Shown here: piece after piece, positions 18,903 through 28,997 of the stretch | How positions within the stretch are numbered: the first letter of the stretch is position 1 | How the letters are laid out: each line of letters opens with the position of its first letter | Assembly (NCBI GenBank): GCA_965246885.1 | Contig: OZ251992.1 | Location: 1,728,001-1,792,000, forward strand | From: Abditibacterium sp. | Lineage (GTDB): Bacteria > Armatimonadota > Abditibacteriia > Abditibacteriales > Abditibacteriaceae | Direction of reading: 5' to 3' | DNA: 64,000 nt | Made by a program: the position numbers and the translations under genes | The notes under the pieces: generated by a model | Told to the model about the DNA's origin: nothing | Databases searched by the model: none | Seen by the model: only the letters and a program-made list of their open reading frames with translations

Positions 18903-19090
18903 CGGCCAACTCAGCATACGTTGGCGCGTTATTAGCATAGATTCCCAATTGCAGCAACTTATCCTAATAACAGAGCGAAGCGCCTAACGCAGTGCGCCAG
19001 AAATCTTGGCCATGAGCAGGTCAGTTTCTGGCGCGGGCAGTAGGGCTTGCGATGAGTTGCGTGTTGTTTTTCGGTGCAAGGGGAATCACT

Positions 19091-19885
19091 ATGACTTCGC
19101 AAGACCTTCGTGCAGATATTGCCCGCCTTGAAGCGGTGCGGCGCCAAACCCAGATTTGGCGCGCCGGGATCAGTGTGGCCCTGTTGGTCACTACTGTCGG
19201 CTCTTTAGCTATGATCCGTAATTCGGTTTACGGACTATTCCAACCCGGTGACATACAAAATCAGTTCACGACCAAACTGTCCAGCAACTTGCAAAAAGAC
19301 GTGGTGCCGCAGGTGCAAGCCCTCGCCACCCAAACGCTCACGCAGATGCGGCCCGAAGTCGAGACGGCGTTTAACGGCCTCAACAAGCGCACGCCCGAAC
19401 TCTCGCAAGCCGCCTCGACGCAATTCGACACCTTGCAAAAGAACGTGCAGGAGAAAGGGCAAGCCGCCATCGAGAAGACCTTTGGAGACATGCTGGCCAA
19501 AAAGGAAGTTGACCTCAAAAAGCAGTTCCCCGACGCCAGCGACGAGAAACTCAAGGCCATCGCCAAGAACGTTTCCGACGAGGCCGCTGAGCGCATCGTG
19601 TCCTCGCGCGACACCCTCTTTTCCAAGCACCTCGCCGCGCTCAACAGCAGCATGGGCCACCTCTCCGACATCCAAGAAAGCGAGAAAGTGCCCGCCGACG
19701 AGCAAGTCGCCGACTGGGACTTGGTGTCCGCCGTTCTCGATATGGCCCACCACGACGCCAACAACCTCGGCGCCCCCAGCCTGACCACCTCGGCCGGCGG
19801 CGCCACGACATCGGCTTCCGCTTCTACTTCGACCACCAAACCGGCTCCGGCCAAGGACAAATCCAATGAATCCACAGGGTATTAA
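19091..19885 (+). CDS. Hypothetical membrane-anchored helical protein
   Basis: One N-terminal TM, long amphipathic helical region, host-like codon usage. Confidence 0.75.
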   Translation: MTSQDLRADIARLEAVRRQTQIWRAGISVALLVTTVGSLAMIRNSVYGLFQPGDIQNQFTTKLSSNLQKDVVPQVQALATQTLTQMRPEVETAFNGLNKRTPELSQAASTQFDTLQKNVQEKGQAAIEKTFGDMLAKKEVDLKKQFPDASDEKLKAIAKNVSDEAAERIVSSRDTLFSKHLAALNSSMGHLSDIQESEKVPADEQVADWDLVSAVLDMAHHDANNLGAPSLTTSAGGATTSASASTSTTKPAPAKDKSNESTGY

Positions 19886-20723
19886 TCCATCGAATGAGCC
19901 GACCGAAGGCGGCAAAATCGTGTCGGCGTCCGGCCCTTCCGAAGTTGTCACCACACGCACAGGGGATCCCATCGTTGCGACGACGGGCACGACCACGGCC
20001 GAAACCGAAGACTACGCGGCGCGCTATATTCACTCCGAACTGGCCTCGGCGCGCCGCTCGCTGCGCATGACGCAAATCGGCGGCACTCTGCTGGCGCTGG
20101 GCACGTTGCTTTACTTGGGCTACATCACCAAGACGGTGCAAGACGAGACGCAACCGGATAGGGCAGCGCAAACCGCGTCTGGCCTTATTGGTGCTCGTGT
20201 GACGGAGCAAGCCGAAACGGTAGCCGCCCAAGCCAAGCAGCAGGTGCCCAAGCTCATTTCCGGCCTGCCCGATTATGCGCTCAAGCAGATGCCGGGCTAC
20301 CGCGAGCAACTGGAAACCCAGATTGATTCCGACGTCAACACCAATCTGGAAGCGGCGAGCAAGCAGATGGACGGGCACTTCGACGACTTCATCGGCGCCA
20401 ACAAAGAGCAGATCGCTTCCCTGCTCAAAGACGGCAACGACAAACAGGCCACCCATCAACTCGCCATTGCGCTGCAAGGGGAGTTCGAGAAGTTCCTCAA
20501 AGAAACGCCCACCAGCAGCACCAGCCCAGAGACAGCAAAGCAGAAAATAGACCAGACACTTGTCGCGCTTCAGCAAGTGAACACGCAACTGTCGCGCTTG
20601 GCCGCCAATAAAGGGCTGTCGCCCGAAGAACAAAAGATGCGCCGCGCCATCGCCATCTTGAGCAAGAACATCCACCAAGGCGTGGCCGACAGTGGAATTA
20701 AAGTCGCGCAGAACCCGATGTAA
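19866..20723 (+). CDS. Hypothetical membrane-anchored helical protein
   Basis: Overlaps upstream gene; single TM then helical domain; followed by terminator. Confidence 0.75.
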   Translation: MNPQGINPSNEPTEGGKIVSASGPSEVVTTRTGDPIVATTGTTTAETEDYAARYIHSELASARRSLRMTQIGGTLLALGTLLYLGYITKTVQDETQPDRAAQTASGLIGARVTEQAETVAAQAKQQVPKLISGLPDYALKQMPGYREQLETQIDSDVNTNLEAASKQMDGHFDDFIGANKEQIASLLKDGNDKQATHQLAIALQGEFEKFLKETPTSSTSPETAKQKIDQTLVALQQVNTQLSRLAANKGLSPEEQKMRRAIAILSKNIHQGVADSGIKVAQNPM

Positions 20724-20738
20724 GAAGAAACGCGCACT

Positions 20739-20770
20739 AAAAGGGCGGCCACAAACGTGGCTGCCCTTTT
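20739..20770. terminator. Bidirectional intrinsic terminator
   Basis: aaaagggcggccac-aaac-gtggctgccctttt between convergent genes. Confidence 0.85.
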
Positions 20771-20788
20771 GGTTTGTTTACCGTCGTC

Positions 20789-21451
20789 TTAGCGCGCTTT
20801 GTCGCGCTCGGTGGCGAGGATAGCGCCCGCGATGAGGAGACCTACTCCGCACGTCAGTTGAGCAATGGACGCGATGGACAAGCCCGATTGGGCTTTCTGT
20901 GTGTCGGCGGGTGTGCCTTCGGTTCCCTCGGTGGCGGAGTTGACGGGCTGATGGTCGTCAACGGCATACTCGCCCAAGGCGAGTGAGGCGATGGAGGTGA
21001 TTCCCGCGCCAACGATGAAAAAATCCTTCGCCAAACCCGCGATTTTGTAGGTGTCGCTTTGGTTGCGCGGCGGGCGCGAGCGCATGGCGACGTGCGCGAT
21101 GAAGGCGAGGAGCAATCCGGCGGCGCCGTATGGCTGAAAGCGCGCCCACGCCTCGTCCACCATTTTGCCGCGCTCTTCGGGGTCGTCGAGAACTTCGACG
21201 GACGGGTTGAGCGACAAGATGCCGAAAACGGAGCCGCCAAACCACACGGCGGTGCCCAAGTCGCCGATGATGCGCGTTAGGGCGCCGACTTTCTTTTCGG
21301 GCTTGAGATAGGGCAGGGCGTCGGCGAGGGCGCCCGCTTTGGAAGCCGCCGCTTTAAGGGCGTTCTTCTTGGCTTTGGTCAGGGATTTTTCGGCGTCGGA
21401 GCGGGCCGATTCGATGTGCGCGGCGCCTGCCGCGAGGGTGTCTTTGAACAT
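20789..21451 (-). CDS. Hypothetical membrane protein
   Basis: Four hydrophobic segments; DLG.AVWFGGS.FG motif. Confidence 0.75.
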   Translation of the reverse strand: MFKDTLAAGAAHIESARSDAEKSLTKAKKNALKAAASKAGALADALPYLKPEKKVGALTRIIGDLGTAVWFGGSVFGILSLNPSVEVLDDPEERGKMVDEAWARFQPYGAAGLLLAFIAHVAMRSRPPRNQSDTYKIAGLAKDFFIVGAGITSIASLALGEYAVDDHQPVNSATEGTEGTPADTQKAQSGLSIASIAQLTCGVGLLIAGAILATERDKAR

Positions 21452-21601
21452 AACGAGGTTTCCCGTGAAGGAGCGCGCAGTTTACGAGCCAAAAAAGTGC
21501 CGCGTCGCCTCGCGCGCAAAGAGGAGCAGGCAAGCTCTTGCCAAAAACAGCGCGGCCCGCCGAGAAATTCGGCGGGCCGCGTGGGTATTGAAAAATAAGA
21601 C

Positions 21602-22417
21602 TTAGCCTGTCCACCAGTTGCTGGGGTGTTGCGACGGGTAGGAAACGTGCCCCTCTTTGCCAACGACCTCGTAAAAGATGGTGGCTTTGTCCCACGCGTT
21701 TTGCTGAGCGAGCACCGAGTAATCGCCCGATGTCAGTGGCTGGCCGCGTCTCTTGGTCATATATTTATTGAACGTTTGCCCCGCATCCGCATCGGCGAAC
21801 ACGAAGATTTGCATATTTGACCACTTGCCGTTGCCCGACAACTGTTGGCGCGCGGTTTCGGCGAGGTTGAACGCTTCTTGCGGGCTGCCGACGGGTTGCG
21901 ACGGCGCGATGCCAAAGGTCGCCGTCTTAAAGCGCGGGCTGGGTAAGCCGAGCATCGCGTAAGAAGGTGGAGGTGGCGCCCCGCCGCCACTTCCGCCCGG
22001 AGACGCGTTACTGCCCCCCGGTGGTGGCGGAGGGGGCGGCCCGACAGTGGTTGTCCCACCCCCACCTGTAAAGCCGCTTGGCCCGGGGTTGACAGTGACT
22101 TTGGGAGGCGTCGTCACGGCCCCCGGCTCGGCGGCACTGCTGCCGCCCAACATGCCCGACATGAACAGCGCCGCAACCGCACCGACCGCGAGGACACCGC
22201 CGACCACGAACACTTTCGGGTCGGTCTTCTTTTTCTCCTCGTCATCTTTGGCGCCCGGCGCACCCGCTTTGCCGCCCACCGCTTTGGGGGCGACGCCGGT
22301 GCGCGGCGCCGTTGCTCCTGCGCTCGCTCCGGCAGTGAGCGGCGTATAGCACGCCCAGCACATCACGGCTTCCGCCGGATTATCTTCTCCGCATTTTGGA
22401 CATTTTTTATTGGCCAC
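21602..22417 (-). CDS. Zinc-ribbon membrane protein with Pro/Gly linker
   Basis: CPKCG..N...AVMCWAC; TM; GTG start after GGAGGGAG. Confidence 0.75.
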   Translation of the reverse strand: MANKKCPKCGEDNPAEAVMCWACYTPLTAGASAGATAPRTGVAPKAVGGKAGAPGAKDDEEKKKTDPKVFVVGGVLAVGAVAALFMSGMLGGSSAAEPGAVTTPPKVTVNPGPSGFTGGGGTTTVGPPPPPPPGGSNASPGGSGGGAPPPPSYAMLGLPSPRFKTATFGIAPSQPVGSPQEAFNLAETARQQLSGNGKWSNMQIFVFADADAGQTFNKYMTKRRGQPLTSGDYSVLAQQNAWDKATIFYEVVGKEGHVSYPSQHPSNWWTG

Positions 22418-22549
22418 AACTCCCTCCCGTATAGAATCAAGAAAAGTAACAGAGCCGCGCCCGAAGGCGCGAAAGCTCAACCTTGTATTTTAACCTATCT
22501 CGCGCTTCTTCACTGCCCAGAGAAATCTCAGCCCACTTCCTTCCCCTTG

Positions 22550-23992
22550 CTAACGCACATCATCGGCGCCGACGCGGTGCAGTTTCATTAAATTCGTCGA
22601 ACCCGACTGGGTAATCGGCGCTCCCAGAATCACCACGATCTTGTCGTCCGCCTGCGCCAATCCGGACGCGACCAGTTCGGCATCGGCCTGCGCGATTTGC
22701 GCGTCGGTCGAGCCGCACGGTCTCACCCGCAACGCCCGCACACCCCATGCCAAGTTCAACTGACGCTCGGCGAACTCATAGGGCGTAAAGGCGATGATGG
22801 GCACCGGCGGGCGGAACTTCGCCAGCTTGCGCGCCGTCGAGCCGCGTTCGGTGAAGCACGCGATCGCCTTTACCTTCAAATGTCCCGCCGCGTATGCCGC
22901 CGCTTGGCAAATCGCCGAAGCGAAATCCTCGTCGTCGTAATGATACAAATGCGGGCCGCCCAAGCCATCCTCTGTCGCGCCCTCGACTTTGGCCACGATG
23001 CGCGCCATCGTCGCCACCGCTTCGACGGGATGCGCGCCGCTCGCGGTTTCACCCGAAAGCATCACAGCATCGGTACCATCAAGCACGGCATTAGCCACAT
23101 CGCTCGCTTCGGCGCGCGTCGGGCGCGGGTTGGTCGTCATGCTTTCGAGCATCTGCGTGGCGGTAATGACGATCTTCCCCAACTCGTTGGCGCGCTTGAT
23201 GATGTGCTTTTGCAAAAGCGGCACGTCCTCGGTCGCCATCTCCACGCCCAAGTCGCCGCGCGCCACCATCACGCCGTCTGAGGCGGCGATGATCTCGTCC
23301 AGATTGTCCATCGCTTCCGGCTTTTCCAGCTTGGAGATGATCTTGATGTCGCTCATTGAGCCGCGCACGACGCGGCGTAGCTCCTCCACGTCTTCGACGC
23401 GCCGCACGAACGACAGCGCGATGTAGTCGAGGTGGTTGTTGATGGCCCATTGCGCATCGGCGTGGTCTTTATCGCTCATGGCGGGCGCCGACACGTTCAC
23501 GCCCGGCAGGTTGATGCCCTTGTTGGTCTTGAGAACCCCGCCGTCCACCACGACGCACCGCACATCGGTGTCGCTCACCGATTCGACGCGTAGCGACAGG
23601 TTGCCGTCATCGAGCAGAATCATGTTCCCCGGCTGACAGTCGTGGGGCAGGGCGGCGTATGTAGTGGAAACCTCGTGCGCGTCGCCCGCGACGGGGCGGG
23701 TCGTGAGGGTGAAAGGGCGCCCCGCGACGAGTTCGACTTGCCCCGCCGCCAAAGCGCCGGTGCGAATTTTGGGGCCTTGCAGGTCTTGCAAGATAGCGAG
23801 CGGAATGCCCTCTTCGCCCGCGACTTGCCGGATGGCGGCGATATGGGGCGCGTGCATCATCGAGCCGCCGTGCGAAAAGTTGAAGCGCGCCACGTCCATG
23901 CCCGCAAGGAGAAGCGAGCGCATGACTTCGGGATGATTGGACGCGGGGCCGATGGTAGCGATGATTTTGGCCCGCCGTTGAAAGTGCAGCAT
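22550..23992 (-). CDS. pyk: Pyruvate kinase
   Basis: KIIATIGPAS, RFNFSHG, DLQGPKIR, MVARGDLGVE, ATQMLESM..NPRPTRAE. Confidence 0.97.
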   Translation of the reverse strand: MLHFQRRAKIIATIGPASNHPEVMRSLLLAGMDVARFNFSHGGSMMHAPHIAAIRQVAGEEGIPLAILQDLQGPKIRTGALAAGQVELVAGRPFTLTTRPVAGDAHEVSTTYAALPHDCQPGNMILLDDGNLSLRVESVSDTDVRCVVVDGGVLKTNKGINLPGVNVSAPAMSDKDHADAQWAINNHLDYIALSFVRRVEDVEELRRVVRGSMSDIKIISKLEKPEAMDNLDEIIAASDGVMVARGDLGVEMATEDVPLLQKHIIKRANELGKIVITATQMLESMTTNPRPTRAEASDVANAVLDGTDAVMLSGETASGAHPVEAVATMARIVAKVEGATEDGLGGPHLYHYDDEDFASAICQAAAYAAGHLKVKAIACFTERGSTARKLAKFRPPVPIIAFTPYEFAERQLNLAWGVRALRVRPCGSTDAQIAQADAELVASGLAQADDKIVVILGAPITQSGSTNLMKLHRVGADDVR

Positions 23993-23996
23993 AGAG

Positions 23997-24032
23997 AAAA
24001 AGGCGGACTTCCAAGAAGTCCGCCTTTATTTT
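23997..24032. terminator. Intrinsic terminator-like hairpin directly upstream of pyk
   Basis: aaaaaggcggacttc-caa-gaagtccgccttt with T tracts on both strands. Confidence 0.7.
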
Positions 24033-24091
24033 GACCCACCCGCTTTACGAGTGCATGAAGCGCGCGTTTCGTTTGGCGGCGCTTTTCGCTT

Positions 24092-25054
24092 TCACCTCCC
24101 GGCGATTTGCTCGTTCAGCTTGCTGTTGGAGAGAGAGAAGTTGATGGTGTAGTCACTCGTGGCGAAGTAGTTCCGCGATCCGGGGTTAGTCGCGTACGAG
24201 CCAAGCACTTGGCGGATCCCCTCGTATTTGCGCCGCCCGCCCTTGGGTTTGAAGTAGCCGTCCACCATTTGCAGATACGGCGAAACTTCGACGCGGTTCG
24301 CCAAACGGTCGGGTACGCTCACTTTGTTAGGGTCATTGACGAACGCTTTGGCGGCCCCTTCGAGTTGGAGATTGAGGCGCGAGTAGCGATATACGGCCAA
24401 GGGTGCCCCCGGCCCATCAAGGCTACCGCTCATCAGCGCGAACAGCGCGCGCGGATCCATCTTGCCAATCTTGTCGCGCAGTTGGGCGAACGAGTAATTC
24501 TTCCCCGCGACGGTTTGGGTCTTGGCAGTATCGAAGTCGCGCGGTGTGCCCGAACCGGGAAGTGGGTAGAGGTCGGTGATGGCCTTGATGCGCAGCCCGT
24601 TGTAAGCGTTAATCCAGAACGTCAGTTCCGCGCTCGTGTCGGGAACCGTGCCCTTGGTGAGGTCTTGCGGGTCTTTGGGCGAAGTAAAGATCGGGAATTG
24701 CCCCATGTCGGCGATGGCAACGGCGCGCGCGAAAGTGGCGAGGTCGTTGTCGTCCTTGGCCTTGAGGTAATAGAACTCGCCTTTGCCCGACACGAAGCGG
24801 TGTAGGGCGGAGTCGAGCAACTCATACGGAAACGCCACGCCCGTGCCCATCGCGCGCAGTTCGTCGTCAGAATAGTCGGCGGCTTTCTTGGTCGCTACGG
24901 TCGCCGTCGGCGCGACGCCGCTCGGCCCGCCAGCATTGGTGGCGTCGGGGTTGAGCGGCGTGGGCGGCGGGAGCGGGATGTTGACGGTGTCGCCGAACGC
25001 GGCGGACGCGGCCAAGCAGAGGGCAGTGGGCAGCAAGAATCTCAGGTGTTTCAT
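24092..25054 (-). CDS. Secreted DUF547-domain protein
   Basis: Signal peptide; FWINAYN, DPR..FAL, QLE.AAKAFVND motifs. Confidence 0.8.
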   Translation of the reverse strand: MKHLRFLLPTALCLAASAAFGDTVNIPLPPPTPLNPDATNAGGPSGVAPTATVATKKAADYSDDELRAMGTGVAFPYELLDSALHRFVSGKGEFYYLKAKDDNDLATFARAVAIADMGQFPIFTSPKDPQDLTKGTVPDTSAELTFWINAYNGLRIKAITDLYPLPGSGTPRDFDTAKTQTVAGKNYSFAQLRDKIGKMDPRALFALMSGSLDGPGAPLAVYRYSRLNLQLEGAAKAFVNDPNKVSVPDRLANRVEVSPYLQMVDGYFKPKGGRRKYEGIRQVLGSYATNPGSRNYFATSDYTINFSLSNSKLNEQIAGR

Positions 25055-25131
25055 AAAATGCGTCTTTAGTTGACAACAAGCGCGCCCCCACGACGCGGCA
25101 ACGCGGCAAGAAGTTCAAAGGCGAGCGCCCC

Positions 25132-25773
25132 TTAGCGCGGGGCTTTCATCTCTTCGATGGCCGCCATCAGCTTCGCGCCCATCGCCTCGAACAGTTCGCG
25201 CCCGCCTTTGGAAGCATACTCGGCGGAAAAGTCGAGCGGCTTTCCAAAGGTAATGCGCGCCCGCACAAAGCGAAAGCCGGGACGACGCGGTGAGAACGCC
25301 CGCTCCGTGCCACGAATCAAGACCGGCACGACCGGACACTTCGCCGCGTGCGCGATCATCATCAGTCCCGGCTCCGCCCGCCCCAATTCCCCCGTGCGCG
25401 TCCGTGTGCCTTCGGGGAACACGAGGAGCGGCTCCTCGTTGTCCAGCACCCGCCGCGCCGTCTTGAACGCCGCCCTATCCGCCGCGCCGCGCCGCACCGG
25501 AAACGATCCCATCTGCTCGATGCCCCAGCCCACTATCCCCGAAAACAGTTCCGCCTTCGCCATGATGAACGGCCACCGTCCGCAAGAAACTCCCACCAAA
25601 GGCGGGTCAAGCAGCGACTGATGATTCGGCGCCAAAATCACCGCGCCCTGCTTGGGAATGTTCTCGCGCCCGCTTACCCGCCACCCGCCAACAGACAAAT
25701 ACGCCTTGAAGAGTGCGCTCATAAACGGAAACACCCACGTATGCCGGGGGCCAACCTCGCGCTTCTGGCTCAT
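25132..25773 (-). CDS. plsC: 1-acyl-sn-glycerol-3-phosphate acyltransferase
   Basis: NHQSLLD, MAKAELF, FPEGTRT. Confidence 0.9.
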   Translation of the reverse strand: MSQKREVGPRHTWVFPFMSALFKAYLSVGGWRVSGRENIPKQGAVILAPNHQSLLDPPLVGVSCGRWPFIMAKAELFSGIVGWGIEQMGSFPVRRGAADRAAFKTARRVLDNEEPLLVFPEGTRTRTGELGRAEPGLMMIAHAAKCPVVPVLIRGTERAFSPRRPGFRFVRARITFGKPLDFSAEYASKGGRELFEAMGAKLMAAIEEMKAPR

Positions 25774-26453
25774 GGCGTCATCCGCTCCCTCGCCAAGGCG
25801 ACTATGTGCGCGACGACTTCCTCGCTGGTGAGGTCGTCGCTCAGGACGTGAACGGCGTCTTCGGCGGGTTTAAGGGGAGCGGTGTCGCGCCCCGCGTCGC
25901 GGGCGTCGCGTTCGCGGACATCGGAAAGGGCGCGCGCGGGGTCGAACTGCTCGCCGCGAGCGCGCCACTGTTCGATGCGGCGCTGGGCGCGCGCTTCGTC
26001 GGTGGCAGTGAGAAATACCTTCAGGTCGGCGTCGGGAAACACAACGGTTTGGATGTCGCGCCCTTCCAAGACGGCGCCGCCGCACTCTTCTTTGGCGCGC
26101 TCGCCCATCTCGCGCTGGCGGGCCGTCACGCGCTCGCGCAGGGCGGGCAGGGCGGCAATTTTCGAGGCCAACTCGCCCACTTCGGGCGCGACGATTTCCT
26201 CCGACACGTCGCGCTCGCCGACGAACAGCCGCGTACCGCCCGCCCCAAAACGCATCGGAAGCGCCGCCCCCAATTCGGCAATGGCCGTTTCGTCCCCGCC
26301 ATGCCCGATTTCCAACCCCCGCGCCCGCGCTTCCAAGGCAACGGCGCGATACATGGCGCCGGTGTTGATGTAAGCCAGCCCCAACTCCAGCGCCACCCGC
26401 CGCGCAACGGTGGACTTCCCGGCCCCGGCAGGCCCGTCAATGGCGATAATCAT
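25770..26453 (-). CDS. cmk: Cytidylate kinase
   Basis: IAIDGPAGAGKST, TGAMYRA, EGRDI.TVVFPDA, RDARD..R..APL. Confidence 0.95.
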   Translation of the reverse strand: MIIAIDGPAGAGKSTVARRVALELGLAYINTGAMYRAVALEARARGLEIGHGGDETAIAELGAALPMRFGAGGTRLFVGERDVSEEIVAPEVGELASKIAALPALRERVTARQREMGERAKEECGGAVLEGRDIQTVVFPDADLKVFLTATDEARAQRRIEQWRARGEQFDPARALSDVRERDARDAGRDTAPLKPAEDAVHVLSDDLTSEEVVAHIVALARERMTP

Positions 26454-26499
26454 CTGACGCGCGAGTTTAAAGGAGGCGCGCGGAACGGAAACTAACACC

Positions 26500-27216
26500 A
26501 TGCCTGACCTGCCGCCTTTGCCGGAGCCAGCCGAAGAACGAGCAAGGAACCTTTCCAGAAGAGTGGCAGGGTTGTGCATCGTCGGCGGACTACTCTTGGC
26601 TTGCATCTGCCTTTACTCGCCGGGCGTTACTCATGGAGGTGTCTGGGCGTTGGCTTTCTTCATCCTTGCCGGGATGCTCACTGCCGTTCTGCCCGGTTGG
26701 GTTTGCCGCCGTGTGGGAGTGTCTTTGGAAAGAAGCGAAGACACGCCGTTTGACTTGAGCGCCTATGCAGGCGGTGCTGATGTGGGCGAGGCCGAACTGC
26801 GCCGCTGTGTCGGGCGCGAACACCTATACCGCGTCGCTGTCTTCGGCGTCATGCTTCTCCTCGTGCCGTTGATAGCGAACCCCAAGCCGTTTTGGTCGGC
26901 GCAACTGTTCGTCCCGTTAGGGCTGGCGGCGTTGGGGCTACTGCAATCACTCTGGGGATGGCATCGGGCGGTCAAGACAAGTCTCGTTGCCCGCGCGGAC
27001 GCGCACGGGTTGCGAAGTGGCTGGAGGAACAGAGTCGCGTGGTCGCAGGTGGCTCGCGCCGCGCGCGTTCAGCAGTTCGGAGTGTTTGGCGGAAGGTGGG
27101 GCGAGTGGCTTGTGTTTCGTGATGCGGACGGCGCGGCGCTGGCGGAGATACCGCTTGGGGTTTTTGCGCCTGAGCAGGAGGAGCGGTTTCTGGGAGTCGT
27201 TGCCCGCTACTTCTAG
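26500..27216 (+). CDS. Hypothetical membrane protein
   Basis: Four hydrophobic segments plus a C-terminal soluble region; fills gap. Confidence 0.6.
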   Translation: MPDLPPLPEPAEERARNLSRRVAGLCIVGGLLLACICLYSPGVTHGGVWALAFFILAGMLTAVLPGWVCRRVGVSLERSEDTPFDLSAYAGGADVGEAELRRCVGREHLYRVAVFGVMLLLVPLIANPKPFWSAQLFVPLGLAALGLLQSLWGWHRAVKTSLVARADAHGLRSGWRNRVAWSQVARAARVQQFGVFGGRWGEWLVFRDADGAALAEIPLGVFAPEQEERFLGVVARYF

Positions 27217-27257
27217 TCGCCTTGGCATTGACGCCAAATTTGCCACACTGCGCCCCC

Positions 27258-28292
27258 ATGACTTCCACTCACAAGACCCGCGTGCTTCAAGTTGGCTGCG
27301 GCGGCATTACCGGGGCTTGGTTTACGCCCGCGACGAAGATGGACGACCTCGAATACGTCGGGTTGTGCGACTTGTTTCCCGACGCGGCGGCCAAGCGGCG
27401 CGATGAGTTCGGGCTGGCTGCCGATACGCCCATCTTCTCCGACTTGGCGACGGCGCTCAAAGAAACGCGGCCCGACTGCGTGTTCGATTGCACCATCCCC
27501 GCCGCGCATACGGCGACGGCTTTGCTCGCGTTTGAGGCGGGCGCGCACGTCTTAAGCGAGAAGCCGATGAGCGACACCCTCGCCAACGCGCGGCGGGCCT
27601 TAGATGCGTCCGTGCAGAACGGGCGCATCTACGCCGTCACGCAGAACTACCGCTACGGGGCGGGGCCGCGCCGCTTGCGGGCCTTTCTGGATTCCGGCGC
27701 GCTCGGCGACATTACCACCATCAACGCCGATATGTATCTGGGCGCGCACTTCGGCGGCTTCCGCGACGAGATGAAGCACGTCCTGCTCCTCGATATGGCC
27801 ATCCACACCTTCGACATGGCCCGCTACATCGGCGGCGCGAATCCGGTGTCGGTCTTTTGCCGCGAGTGGAATCCCAAGGGTAGTTGGTATGCGCATGACG
27901 CCTCCGCGAGTGCCATCTTCGAGATGAGCGAGGGCGTCGTGTTCAACTTCCGGGGCAGTTGGTGCGCGACGGGGTTGCCCAGTGGCTTCCAGTCGGGCTG
28001 GCGCATCATCGGCACGCGCGGCACGCTCGTCTGGGACGGGCATCAAGGCTTTTCGTGCGAAGTCGAAGACGGGAACGAAGGCTTCTTCCACCCCGTCAAA
28101 AGCCTCGAAGTCCCCGGCGGCGACTTCGGCTTCAAAGCGCAAGGGCACGGCGGCGTCATCCGCGAGTTCCTCGACGCCGCGCAAGGCGGGGCCGCGCCCG
28201 AAACAAGCGCGGGCGACAACATTCATTCCTTCGCAATGGTGTTGGCGGCGATCGAATCGTCGGAGGGGCGGCGCGTGGTGGAGATGGCTTGA
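27258..28292 (+). CDS. Gfo/Idh/MocA oxidoreductase
   Basis: VGCGGI, HVLSEKPM, QNYRY, LLDMAIHTFD. Confidence 0.9.
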   Translation: MTSTHKTRVLQVGCGGITGAWFTPATKMDDLEYVGLCDLFPDAAAKRRDEFGLAADTPIFSDLATALKETRPDCVFDCTIPAAHTATALLAFEAGAHVLSEKPMSDTLANARRALDASVQNGRIYAVTQNYRYGAGPRRLRAFLDSGALGDITTINADMYLGAHFGGFRDEMKHVLLLDMAIHTFDMARYIGGANPVSVFCREWNPKGSWYAHDASASAIFEMSEGVVFNFRGSWCATGLPSGFQSGWRIIGTRGTLVWDGHQGFSCEVEDGNEGFFHPVKSLEVPGGDFGFKAQGHGGVIREFLDAAQGGAAPETSAGDNIHSFAMVLAAIESSEGRRVVEMA

Positions 28293-28298
28293 AAACAG

Positions 28299-28330
28299 AA
28301 AAACGCGGCGCCCGAAGGCGCCGCGTTTTT
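28299..28330. terminator. Bidirectional intrinsic terminator
   Basis: aaaaacgcggcgcc-cgaa-ggcgccgcgttttt. Confidence 0.9.
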
Positions 28331-28342
28331 GAGTTGGGCAAT

Positions 28343-28645
28343 TTACATCTTGCCTGCGGGTTTCATCGCGCTCTTCTTGATGAAGTGGCCCTTGGCGTCA
28401 CGGGGGTGCGCGGCGCTGTTGAATGGCTTCTTGCCGCCGGTCATTTTGCCGCCCATCATTTTCTTCATTTTCTTGGCTTTCTTTTTGGCCATCTTGTGGC
28501 TGCCCATTTTGCCACCCATCATTTTGCCACCGGACATTTTGGAGCCGGACATGGCGGGCTTGGGGGCCATTTTCGGTTGGGCTTGAGCGATGACGCCCAA
28601 GGGAGCGAGGGCGACCAAGAGGGCCGCGACGAGATTTTTGTTCAT
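28343..28645 (-). CDS. Small secreted Met/Lys/Gly-rich pentapeptide-repeat protein
   Basis: Signal peptide; MSGSK/MSGGK/MMGGK repeats; C-terminal HPRDAKGHF. Confidence 0.8.
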   Translation of the reverse strand: MNKNLVAALLVALAPLGVIAQAQPKMAPKPAMSGSKMSGGKMMGGKMGSHKMAKKKAKKMKKMMGGKMTGGKKPFNSAAHPRDAKGHFIKKSAMKPAGKM

Positions 28646-28802
28646 GATGTTCGTGGGCGCGTTTTCGCCCAGCGATAGAAATCTTAACGAGAAATCATTT
28701 GTTATGGAATGGGAATCCGTCCAGAAGCCCCCCTTTTTGGCTAAATCTGAAGAAATTTCCAGTTTTTAACCTTGGGAATGGGCAATTAGACCCAAATTCT
28801 CC

Positions 28803-28980
28803 GAAGAATGAAGCGCGCCGCCGGAGGAGCGAGCCGCGCCATTGGAAGAATCAGGCGCGCCGTCCGAAGAATCAGGCGCGTCGCTGGAAGACTTAGCCCG
28901 GTGACTGGAAGAATTAGGCGAGTCGCTGGAAGAATTAACCCGGTGAGCGGATGGCGCGGGTGGGCAGACGGAAGAATCTC
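28803..28980. repeat. Degenerate 21-bp tandem array (~8 units)
   Basis: gaagaatcaggcgcgccgtcc, gaagaatcaggcgcgtcgctg, gaagacttagcccggtgactg, gaagaattaggcgagtcgctg, gaagaattaacccggtgagcg. Confidence 0.9.
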
Positions 28981-28997
28981 CTCTTCACGCTCGCGAT

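Noticed and set aside
21529..21545. sigma54-like TGGCAAGAGCTTGC on the minus strand
   Set aside because: GG to GC spacing is 9 nt rather than the required 10
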